Assembly (NCBI RefSeq): GCF_965229515.1
Contig: NZ_OZ245884.1
Direction: 5' to 3' (one strand)
Source: Marinobacter sp.
Lineage (GTDB): Bacteria; Pseudomonadota; Gammaproteobacteria; Pseudomonadales; Oleiphilaceae
DNA: 32,000 nt
In this document: one piece after another, positions 24,286-32,000 of the stretch
Layout: each line of letters opens with the position of its first letter
Position numbering within the stretch: position 1 is the stretch's first letter
Program-made: the position numbers and the translations under genes
Notes under the pieces: model-generated
Database searches by the model: none
Seen by the model: the letters and a program-made list of their open reading frames with translations, nothing else
What the model was told of the DNA's origin: nothing

Positions 24286-25736
24286 AAACCACGCGGGACG
24301 GTCTGGGCCTCGACGAACTCGAACAGGCCTTCCAGCCCCCCTTCGCGGCCGATGCCGGACGCCTTCATGCCACCGAACGGCGCTTCCGGCGTGGGGCCGG
24401 TACCGGTGTTCCAGCCGCAATGACCAAAGCGCAGCCCGGCGGCCACACGTTGGGCGCGTTCCGCATCCGCAGTAAACACGTAGGAAGCCAGACCGAATTC
24501 GGTGTCGTTACCGGCATCGATGACTTCTTCCTCCGTGCGGAAGATGGCCATGGGCACCAGCGGGCCGAAGGTTTCCTCACGGGAACAGCACATGTCCCGG
24601 GTCACGCCGGAAATGACCGTCGGCGGGAAGAACAGGTGGCCATCCCCCAGATCTGCCGGTTTTTTGCCGGCTACCAGCTCCCCGCCCCGTTCAAGGGCGT
24701 CTTCCACGTGGCGCTTCACCTTGTCGAACCCGGCTTTGTTGATCAGTGGGCCAAGGTCAACGTCTTCCGTCAAACCATTACCCACGGTCATGCGATTGAC
24801 CCGGTCGGCAAGTTTCTGACCGAATTCATCCACCACTTTCTCGTGAACGAAAATCCGGTTGGCGCAGACACAGGTCTGGCCGCCGCCCCGGAATTTGTTG
24901 GCGATCAGGTTATCGGCTGCGGCATCCAGGTCCGCATCGTCAAAGACAATAAACGGTGCGTTGCCACCCAACTCCAGGGCCAGCTTCTTCACCTGATCGG
25001 CCGTATCCAGTATCAACTTGCGGCCCACTTCGGTAGAGCCGGTGAAGCTGAGCATGGGCACGTCGGGGCTTTCGCACAGCACCTTGCCGATCACACTGGC
25101 TTTGCCCATGACCAGATTAACCATGCCATCGGGCAGGTCGACGTGTTTGTCCATCAGCGCGAACAGCGCAATCATGGTCAGCGGCGTTTCGCTGGCCGGC
25201 TTGATCACCGACGGGCAACCGGCCGCCAGGGCGGCGGACAGCTTCTTGGCGATCATGCCAATGGGAAAGTTCCAGGGCGTGATCAGGCCAGTAACACCAA
25301 TCGGGCGGTAGTGCACCGTCCAGGTACAGTCTTTCGGCTTTTCGGGAATGGTGTGGGCGTCCAGCGCCTGGATGTGTTTGGAGCAGTAATCGAAGAACCC
25401 GGCGGCGTAGTCCACTTCGCCCTGCGCTTCCTTCAACGGCTTGCCGTGCTCCATACACAGGATACGACCCACTTCCTCTTTATTGGCCTTGAGTGCATCA
25501 CGAATGTCTTCCAGCCACTTGCGACGGGTTTCGATGGAATAGGGACTGGTTAAACGAAGCACAGACTTTCCCGCTTCAACTGCCTTGTACACTTCGCTTT
25601 CGGACATCGATGCCACACTGGCAACCACCTCACCTGTGGCCGGGTTATAGACATCGAAGGTGTTACCGTCCGGCGATTCAGACCAGCGACCGCCGATGTA
25701 GCCAGTCAGCTTGGGAAGCAGTGGTGACTCGATCAT
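24282..25736 (-). CDS. NAD(P)-dependent aldehyde dehydrogenase (succinate-semialdehyde dehydrogenase-like)
   Basis: 484 aa with FTGSTEVGRKL, ELGGNAPFIVFDDADLD and catalytic GQTCVCANRIFV. Confidence 0.85.
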   Translation of the reverse strand: MIESPLLPKLTGYIGGRWSESPDGNTFDVYNPATGEVVASVASMSESEVYKAVEAGKSVLRLTSPYSIETRRKWLEDIRDALKANKEEVGRILCMEHGKPLKEAQGEVDYAAGFFDYCSKHIQALDAHTIPEKPKDCTWTVHYRPIGVTGLITPWNFPIGMIAKKLSAALAAGCPSVIKPASETPLTMIALFALMDKHVDLPDGMVNLVMGKASVIGKVLCESPDVPMLSFTGSTEVGRKLILDTADQVKKLALELGGNAPFIVFDDADLDAAADNLIANKFRGGGQTCVCANRIFVHEKVVDEFGQKLADRVNRMTVGNGLTEDVDLGPLINKAGFDKVKRHVEDALERGGELVAGKKPADLGDGHLFFPPTVISGVTRDMCCSREETFGPLVPMAIFRTEEEVIDAGNDTEFGLASYVFTADAERAQRVAAGLRFGHCGWNTGTGPTPEAPFGGMKASGIGREGGLEGLFEFVEAQTVPRGF

Positions 25737-25907
25737 ATCGGCTCCTTTTCAGAATGTTCTCAGAATGTGTAAATTGGGGTTTGCGTCAGTGTGATATGTC
25801 TCTCATAGTGGATGCAGAAACCGCCACTGTAAAGTCAGACTATGGTGTTTTGACCAGCGCCGGCGGGGGCCTATACTCGAACCATGTCATTATCAGGAGG
25901 CAGGAAC

Positions 25908-26921
25908 ATGAAGGCGTTTTTTCATCCCTCTCAGGATCAGCATCTTCCGAAAACCTACTTCACCCGCGGCCAGATGCGACAGCCCCAGGAAATTCCTGAT
26001 CGCACCGCACAAATGCTGGAAGGGCTGAAGGCCATGGGCATTCCGGTATTGCAGCCGGCAGACCAGGGTGCCGGAGCGATTTCCAAGGTCCACGACCTGG
26101 GCTATCTGCGCTTCCTGGAATCCGCACACCGGCGCTGGTCAAAGATGGAAGACTGGGGTGACGAAGTGATTTCCAACATCTTCGTTCGGTCACCGAATGC
26201 CCTCAAGGGCATCCTTGCCGAAGCTGCCCGCTACCAGGCCGATGGCAGTTGCCCTATCGGGGCAAACACCTGGGACGCCGCCTACTGGTCTGCCCAGACA
26301 GCGCTCGGCGCCGCTGACGCCCTGGTTGCCGGCGAGCGCCATGCCTATGCGGTGTGTCGCCCACCGGGCCACCATGCCCGAAAAGATGCCGCCGGCGGCT
26401 TCTGTTACCTCAACAATGCCGCTATTGCCGCAGAGCACCTGAAGCCCCGTTATCCCAGGATTGCCATACTTGACACCGACATGCACCACGGCCAGGGCAT
26501 CCAGGAGATCTTCTATGACCGCAGCGATGTTCTCTATGTCTCCATTCATGGTGATCCCACCAACTTCTACCCGGTGGTCAGCGGCTATGAAGACGAGCGT
26601 GGTGAAGGGGAGGGGTTTGGCTACAACATCAACCTGCCGATGCCCCACGGGTCGTCAGAGCAGGATTTTTTCGACAAACTGGATGAGGCACTGGCTGCCA
26701 TCCGTCTGTTCCAGCCAGACGTGCTGATACTTACCCTCGGGTTCGACATCTACCACAACGACCCCCAGGCCAAGGTATCGGTTTCCTCCGAAGGATTCTG
26801 CCGCCTGGGCTCTGACATCCGTCGCACCGGCCTGCCCACACTGGTTGTGCAGGAAGGCGGTTACGATTTGGAAGCCCTGAGCGCCAACGTGCAGCAGTTC
26901 TTCAAGGGACTGGAAGGGTAG
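25908..26921 (+). CDS. histone deacetylase-family amidohydrolase (acetylpolyamine/acetoin-utilisation type)
   Basis: ATG 25908 after AGGAGG. CRPPGHHA, DTDMHHGQGIQEIF and QEGGY motifs. Confidence 0.85.
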   Translation: MKAFFHPSQDQHLPKTYFTRGQMRQPQEIPDRTAQMLEGLKAMGIPVLQPADQGAGAISKVHDLGYLRFLESAHRRWSKMEDWGDEVISNIFVRSPNALKGILAEAARYQADGSCPIGANTWDAAYWSAQTALGAADALVAGERHAYAVCRPPGHHARKDAAGGFCYLNNAAIAAEHLKPRYPRIAILDTDMHHGQGIQEIFYDRSDVLYVSIHGDPTNFYPVVSGYEDERGEGEGFGYNINLPMPHGSSEQDFFDKLDEALAAIRLFQPDVLILTLGFDIYHNDPQAKVSVSSEGFCRLGSDIRRTGLPTLVVQEGGYDLEALSANVQQFFKGLEG

Positions 26922-26924
26922 GCA

Positions 26925-28379
26925 TCAACTTGCCGGGGCGTACACCTTGATATTGGTGTGCCCCTCGGCCTTCAGATGGCAGGCATGCATCCGGCTCATG
27001 GTGCCGCGGTCACAGTACAGCAGGTACTGCTTGTCGTCCGGCATAGACTGGATTCGCTCATTCAGCTCGTAGAACGGTATCTCCATCACCTGATTGCTGG
27101 TGAGCTGCAGCGGTGACTGCTCCCCCTCCGAAGGGTGGCGCACGTCAATAATCACATCATCCACAGCCGGTGTATGAACGAGTTCCACCTCTTCTGGCGT
27201 CCGGGTGGTTTCCAGAAGGCGGTTGACCGGTGTGTCCTGACGGCTGGCGATGGCCTGCTCCAATACCCGGGCGTCCATAGCCGCCTCATCTTCCTCTACC
27301 CGATGCAGCTTGGCACGGGTGGCCGGCTTACGGGAAATCACACCGCAGTACTCCGGCATAGTACGAGCAAACGGCTCGGTACCGATGTCCCGGGCGATGT
27401 TGATAATGGTTTCCTTGTCCATGGAAATCAGCGGCCGCAGTACCACCTCGTTACTGGCCCGGTCCACCACATTGAGGTTTGACAGAGTCTGGCTGGACAC
27501 CTGAGCCACGGCATCACCGGTCACCAGGCCAGCGGCGTTATTGGCGGCCGCAATGTCAGAGGCGGCCTTCAGCATCTGGCGTTTGAGTACCACCCCCCAG
27601 TGGCGCTGGTTGACTGAACGCATGATTTCAGCGACTACGCCTTCGAAGGGTACGGAAATGAACTTGGCGCCGTGGGAGGCGCCGTAACGATCCCACAGAT
27701 AATGCACCACCTGGCGCACGCCAATTTCATGGGCGGGGCCGCCAAGACTGAAAAACAGGAAATGGGAGCGAAGCCCCCGACGCATCATCAGGTAGGCCGC
27801 CACCGAGGAGTCATAACCACCGGACACCAATGTCATCACCGTTTCCACCGCGCCCAACGGGTAGCCGCCAGCACCACGGTGTTTGCGGTGGGCAATGTGG
27901 TAATGGTCCTCGTGGACCTCAAGGCGCACTTCAATATCCGGGTTGCGAAGGTTTACGCCCTTGGGCTCGGAGGCTTCAAAAAGGGCGGCCCCAACAAAAC
28001 GCTCCAGATCAATCGAGCGGAATTCTTGATTACCCTGTCGGCGGACCCGAACCGCAAATGTTTTGCCGCGGATACGGCCTGCATACGCTGCCACCGTCTG
28101 CTCCGCCACGTCGTCCATACTTATCCAGGGAAATACACCGATCTCCTGGATGGTCGAAATACCCGGAATGCGACACAACTCATCAATCACCGGGCCTGCC
28201 AGACCACGCCCGTCAGGGATCGCCACGTCAACCCGATCCCAGGAGCCCTCAACGTGGATATCGTCGTCCAGACGTGCCAGCAGTTTGCGGATATTTTGCC
28301 GCAGGTGCCGCATCTGTTGCCGGCGAACGGGTTTACTCTTGATGGCCACTTCAGCGGCGGGGCGTATAAGGAGTTTCAT
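26925..28379 (-). CDS. thiI: tRNA 4-thiouridine(8) synthase ThiI with C-terminal rhodanese domain
   Basis: 484 aa with THUMP-type N-terminus, PP-loop LVSGGYDSSVAAY and a rhodanese Cys in LLYCDRGTMS. Confidence 0.9.
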   Translation of the reverse strand: MKLLIRPAAEVAIKSKPVRRQQMRHLRQNIRKLLARLDDDIHVEGSWDRVDVAIPDGRGLAGPVIDELCRIPGISTIQEIGVFPWISMDDVAEQTVAAYAGRIRGKTFAVRVRRQGNQEFRSIDLERFVGAALFEASEPKGVNLRNPDIEVRLEVHEDHYHIAHRKHRGAGGYPLGAVETVMTLVSGGYDSSVAAYLMMRRGLRSHFLFFSLGGPAHEIGVRQVVHYLWDRYGASHGAKFISVPFEGVVAEIMRSVNQRHWGVVLKRQMLKAASDIAAANNAAGLVTGDAVAQVSSQTLSNLNVVDRASNEVVLRPLISMDKETIINIARDIGTEPFARTMPEYCGVISRKPATRAKLHRVEEDEAAMDARVLEQAIASRQDTPVNRLLETTRTPEEVELVHTPAVDDVIIDVRHPSEGEQSPLQLTSNQVMEIPFYELNERIQSMPDDKQYLLYCDRGTMSRMHACHLKAEGHTNIKVYAPAS

Positions 28380-28540
28380 AAATCGGACGTCTGTCGGGTA
28401 GCGTAATTACAGTAAAGCGCTTAGTGTAACGGTTTCACGGTTTGCCTCAAAATCGGGCATTCCCGAGACCCGCTATACTGAAACAAAAAGGAACGCCCTA
28501 TCGCCAAGGGCCCGCAGCACATTCAGGAGTTCTTCCGTTC

Positions 28541-29935
28541 ATGACCGAATCCACCATCAATGCCCTGGTATCTCCAGAAGGCAGCCTGGAAATCCTCTCC
28601 AACTTTGAAGTCAACCGGCTCAAAGACCGAAGCGAAGGAGGGCTTTATCGGCTGTTCCGGCAATGCGCCCTGGCCGTGCTCAACACCGGCGTTGAAACCG
28701 ATGACTGTAAAACCCTGATGGAAGCCCACGCGGATTTCGACGTTCGCCTGGTGCCGCAGCCTCGAGGCCTGAAACTGGAATTGGTCAACGCGCCCGCCCA
28801 CGCCTTCGTGGACGGTCAGATGTTGCGCGCTATCCGCGAGCATCTGTTTTCGGTATTGCGGGATATCATCTATTCCTACTCCATTCCCCAGTCCGCGGTC
28901 GGTCTTCGCCGGGACGACCCTGAGGGCATCACCAACCTGATTTTCCACATCCTCCGTAACGCCCGCGTACTGCAGGCAGGGCGTCATCCGGACCTGGTGG
29001 TATGTTGGGGTGGTCACTCCATCAACGAGCGCGAATATCAGTACAGCAAGGAAGTGGGCCACCAGCTTGGTTTGCGAGGATTGAGTATTTGCACCGGTTG
29101 CGGCCCTGGCGCCATGAAAGGTCCAATGAAAGGCGCCACCATTGGCCACGCCAAACAGCGGGTGAAAAACGGCCGCTACATTGGCCTGACGGAACCGGGC
29201 ATCATCGGTGCCGAAGCGCCAAACCCGATCGTTAACGAACTGGTGATCATGCCGGATATCGAGAAACGCCTCGAAGCCTTCGTTCGGACAGGCCACGGCG
29301 TCATTGTGTTCCCCGGTGGTGTCGGCACGGCAGAGGAAATTCTCTATCTGCTGGGCATCCTGCTGCACCCGGACAATGCCGACCTTCCCTTTCCGGTCGT
29401 CTTTACCGGCCAACAGGAAAATGCGGAATACTTCGAGATGATTGACCAGTTCATTCGCAATGCACTGGGTGACGAAGCTGCCAGCAAGTACGAGATCATC
29501 ATTGACGATCCGGACAAAGTTGCCCATACCATGAAACAGGGTATGAAGGACGTGGAAACCTTCCGCCGGGCCATGCAGGACGCTTATTACTTCAACTGGA
29601 TGCTGAGGATCGACCCGGTGTTCCAAATGCCTTTTGAGCCCACCCATAAAAGCATGCGGGCGCTGGAGCTACACCGTCACCAGCCAGTTCACCTGATTGC
29701 CGCCAATCTGCGCAAGGCGTTCAGTGGCATCGTCGCCGGCAACGTCAAGGAAAGCGGCATACGCCACGTGCAGGCCAAAGGGCCGTTTGAAATCTCCGGC
29801 GATCCGGAACTACTGGCCCCCCTGGAAGCGATGCTGAAAGAGTTCGTCGCCCAGGACCGTATGAAACTGCCCGGTTCGGGCGCTTACGAACCCAGTTACC
29901 GAATTGTCAGCGAAGCAACGCCCGCCACACCCTGA
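28541..29935 (+). CDS. ppnN: nucleotide 5'-monophosphate nucleosidase PpnN (YgdH, LOG family)
   Basis: Within ORF 28442..29935; ATG 28541 gives MTESTINALVSPEGSLEILSNFEVNRLKD.. as in YgdH. LOG-type GGGPGAMKGPMKGA and PGGVGTAEE motifs. Confidence 0.85.
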   Translation: MTESTINALVSPEGSLEILSNFEVNRLKDRSEGGLYRLFRQCALAVLNTGVETDDCKTLMEAHADFDVRLVPQPRGLKLELVNAPAHAFVDGQMLRAIREHLFSVLRDIIYSYSIPQSAVGLRRDDPEGITNLIFHILRNARVLQAGRHPDLVVCWGGHSINEREYQYSKEVGHQLGLRGLSICTGCGPGAMKGPMKGATIGHAKQRVKNGRYIGLTEPGIIGAEAPNPIVNELVIMPDIEKRLEAFVRTGHGVIVFPGGVGTAEEILYLLGILLHPDNADLPFPVVFTGQQENAEYFEMIDQFIRNALGDEAASKYEIIIDDPDKVAHTMKQGMKDVETFRRAMQDAYYFNWMLRIDPVFQMPFEPTHKSMRALELHRHQPVHLIAANLRKAFSGIVAGNVKESGIRHVQAKGPFEISGDPELLAPLEAMLKEFVAQDRMKLPGSGAYEPSYRIVSEATPATP

Positions 29936-29947
29936 CGATGGTGGGGA

Positions 29948-30286
29948 TTATTCCCCACCATCCGCCGGAAGGCTTGCGTAGTAGGCCGCCAGGTTGGCAA
30001 TGTCCTCATCACTGAGGCCCGCCGCCTGGCCCTGCATGATGGCGGCTTGGCCACCGTTACGTTGCTTGTTTTTGTACGCCTTGAGCGAAGACACCAGATA
30101 CTGCTCGTTCTGTCCCGCCAGGTTGGGGTAACCCGGGATGGCAGCGATGCCATTCTTGCCATGGCAGGCTGCACACACAGCGGCCTTGGTTTTACCGGCC
30201 TCAGCATCACCAGCGGCCATGGTAACGGCGGGAGCGGCAGCCCCCAACACAAACACGGCGGCCAGGGTGTGGTATTTCAGTCTCAT
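29948..30286 (-). CDS. monohaem class I cytochrome c
   Basis: 112 aa with signal peptide, CAACHG, and [13 protein letters not shown] typical of c4/c5-type domains. Confidence 0.8.
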   Translation of the reverse strand: MRLKYHTLAAVFVLGAAAPAVTMAAGDAEAGKTKAAVCAACHGKNGIAAIPGYPNLAGQNEQYLVSSLKAYKNKQRNGGQAAIMQGQAAGLSDEDIANLAAYYASLPADGGE

Positions 30287-30481
30287 TGGTTTTACCCTCT
30301 CATCGTTTTATAGCCCGACAGGACCCTGCCGGTGCGCAAGTTGCACGAATTTATAGCACAGCAGGAACAAAGCACAAATGTGATGGATCAATAAACCGTA
30401 CGTAGCCGGACATCATTTACGTCACTATTCCCATCACCTGTAGCCACCTTTTATCACCCCATTCGATGCGGAGAAGTCGAC

Positions 30482-31585
30482 ATGCCCATTCAGGTTCAGG
30501 AAATCGCGTGCAGGGAAGGCAACATCGGTCTGATCACCCTGGATTCCCCGACCACCCTGAACGCCCTGTCCGCGTCGATGATCCACGAAACCCAGGCCGT
30601 ACTGGATCAGTGGGCCGAAGCTGACCACATCAGCCTGGTTGTTTTCCGCGGCGCCGGTGAACGAGCGTTCTGCGCGGGTGGCAATATCCGCGAACTCTAT
30701 GGCGCCCTGTCCGGCGGCGAAAACCCGGACGCACCGGCCGAATTCTTTGCCAGTGAGTATCGCCTGGACTATACCATCCACTGTTTCCCCAAGCCGGTGA
30801 TCGCCGTTGGCCACGGCGTGGTGATGGGCGGTGGACTTGGCATTTTCTCCGCCTGCCGCTACCGCCTGGTAACGCCCGATGTCACATTGGCCATGCCGGA
30901 GATCACCATAGGCCTGTTTCCCGATGTCGGTGCAAGCTGGTTCCTCAATCGGCTGCCAGGCCGCATCGGTTTGTTCATGGGCCTGACCGGAGCACGGCTG
31001 AACGTCTCTGACGCGTTGAGGGTTGGCCTGGCTGACATGGCCATCCTCCCCGATCAGGTGGAATCATTGATCGAGCGGTTGAAGGAGGAGCGTTGGACCG
31101 GTGAATCAGCGGCGGATGACAACCGCCTGTTCCGGCTCGTCAAGCAACTTGAGCATCCCGACTACAGGGCACTGCCAACCAGTGAACTGGCGCGGCATGA
31201 ACAGGACATTGCCAGGCTCAGTGCAGGCGATGAGCTACCGGCCATTGTTGAAAATCTCCTGGCGGCTGAGATCGACAGCGACTGGTGGCAAGGCTGCGTG
31301 AATAACCTGCGCAGCGGCTGCCCGGTCACCGCCTGGCTGGTCTGGACCCAGCTAAAGAAGGCGCAGCAAATGTCACTGAAAGACGTCTTCCGGATGGAAT
31401 ACACCATGGCCGCCCGCTGTACCCAGCGACCAGATTTGCGGGAAGGTATCAGAGCCAGGCTGATCGACAAGGACCATAAGCCCGCCTGGTCATTCCCGAG
31501 CGTCAGTGACGTGCCTGACGCAGTCGTTGAAGAGCACTTCGAGCCGGAACTGGACGACAGCAGCGACCCCATGGCACTGCGCTGA
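30482..31585 (+). CDS. enoyl-CoA hydratase/isomerase family protein (3-hydroxyisobutyryl-CoA hydrolase-like)
   Basis: 367 aa with FCAGGNIRELY, VMGGGLGI and MPEITIGLFPDVGASWFLNRLPG. Confidence 0.85.
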   Translation: MPIQVQEIACREGNIGLITLDSPTTLNALSASMIHETQAVLDQWAEADHISLVVFRGAGERAFCAGGNIRELYGALSGGENPDAPAEFFASEYRLDYTIHCFPKPVIAVGHGVVMGGGLGIFSACRYRLVTPDVTLAMPEITIGLFPDVGASWFLNRLPGRIGLFMGLTGARLNVSDALRVGLADMAILPDQVESLIERLKEERWTGESAADDNRLFRLVKQLEHPDYRALPTSELARHEQDIARLSAGDELPAIVENLLAAEIDSDWWQGCVNNLRSGCPVTAWLVWTQLKKAQQMSLKDVFRMEYTMAARCTQRPDLREGIRARLIDKDHKPAWSFPSVSDVPDAVVEEHFEPELDDSSDPMALR

Positions 31586-31603
31586 ACGGGCCGCAAGACC
31601 GCA

Positions 31604-32000
31604 TCATAGCTGGGCGCCAGCCTGGATCAGCAACATCTCGATATCCCGGTTGTTGCTGGCCCGCGCCAGATCCAGCGCCGTTCGCCCATCGCTACCGCTA
31701 TAGTTAACGTCTGCACCCGCCGCCAGCAGCATCTCGGCGGTCAGCAAGTCCCCACCCTCAACAATGTGCATCAGCAGCGAATGACCGCCCTGATGCACAT
31801 TGACGTTCGCCCCGGCGGCCAACAGCACCTTCACCACGGAAAGATGACCGTTACGGGCGGCACGGATCACCGGCGTTGTACCCTCAGCGTCCGATGCATT
31901 TACGCGGGCGCCGGCCGATAACAACAGCTGCACGATCCGCCGGTGGCCATTCCCTGAGGCGATCATCAGGGGCGTGACGCCACTCACCGTGGCCAGGTCC
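31604..32000 (-). CDS. ankyrin-repeat protein, N-terminal part off the right edge
   Basis: Repeated G.TPL..A...GH...V..LL..GA.VN units. The frame stays open to the window edge upstream of the listed Met at 31987. Confidence 0.8.
   Translation of the reverse strand, partial: DLATVSGVTPLMIASGNGHRRIVQLLLSAGARVNASDAEGTTPVIRAARNGHLSVVKVLLAAGANVNVHQGGHSLLMHIVEGGDLLTAEMLLAAGADVNYSGSDGRTALDLARASNNRDIEMLLIQAGAQL

Noticed and set aside
24420-25553. 377-aa plus-strand ORF
   Set aside because: Antisense shadow of the aldehyde dehydrogenase gene.
28523-29647. 374-aa minus-strand ORF
   Set aside because: Antisense shadow of ppnN.
1-32000. CRISPR arrays, IS elements or transposases
   Set aside because: No regularly spaced short repeats, terminal inverted repeats or DDE/transposase-like ORFs were seen in any frame.

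Overview
GC-rich gammaproteobacterial chromosome, Marinobacter/Pseudomonas-like by protein content (guess). Hand-counted flank line: about 60% GC. Left to right: pstC'-pstS with a Pho box; a YciA-like thioesterase; fetAB-like ABC exporter; an arsenic-resistance cluster (arsC-arsR fusion, gapdh, arsJ, divergent arsH-acr3). Then a ~6.7 kb AT-rich insert at about 9.1-15.9 kb (two hand-counted 60-nt lines: 30-38% GC). I read this insert as a decayed chromosomal integron. It has a 5'-truncated, multiply disrupted intI relic on the minus strand. All its ORFs are small to mid-size and on the plus strand. Each is followed by a GC-richer 69-100 bp imperfect-palindromic element that starts at ..AAC on or next to the stop codon and usually ends at GTT(A).., as attC sites do. 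A ~21 bp imperfect direct repeat brackets the whole insert. The cassette proteins are nuclease-rich: two paralogous N-terminal HNH modules on different C-terminal domains, one of them DUF3298/RsiV-like; one Mrr/PD-(D/E)xK-type nuclease with an unknown C-terminal domain; a TM/coiled-coil protein; a helical protein; a small acidic protein. This is my best candidate for an undescribed, probably anti-phage or anti-MGE, system or set of single-gene systems. Right of the insert is a pqq operon riddled with internal deletions: pqqA and pqqD are intact, pqqB/C/E are fragments, and a hydrolase stub follows. Beside it an intact PQQ-dependent sugar dehydrogenase and a cytochrome c persist. The rest is housekeeping: uvrD, porin plus small PBP-like protein, aldehyde dehydrogenase, HDAC-like amidohydrolase, thiI, ppnN, cytochrome c, enoyl-CoA hydratase-family hydrolase, partial ankyrin protein. 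No rRNA, tRNA, CRISPR array or transposase was recognised. All homology statements come from motif recognition by eye and memory; no searches were run.
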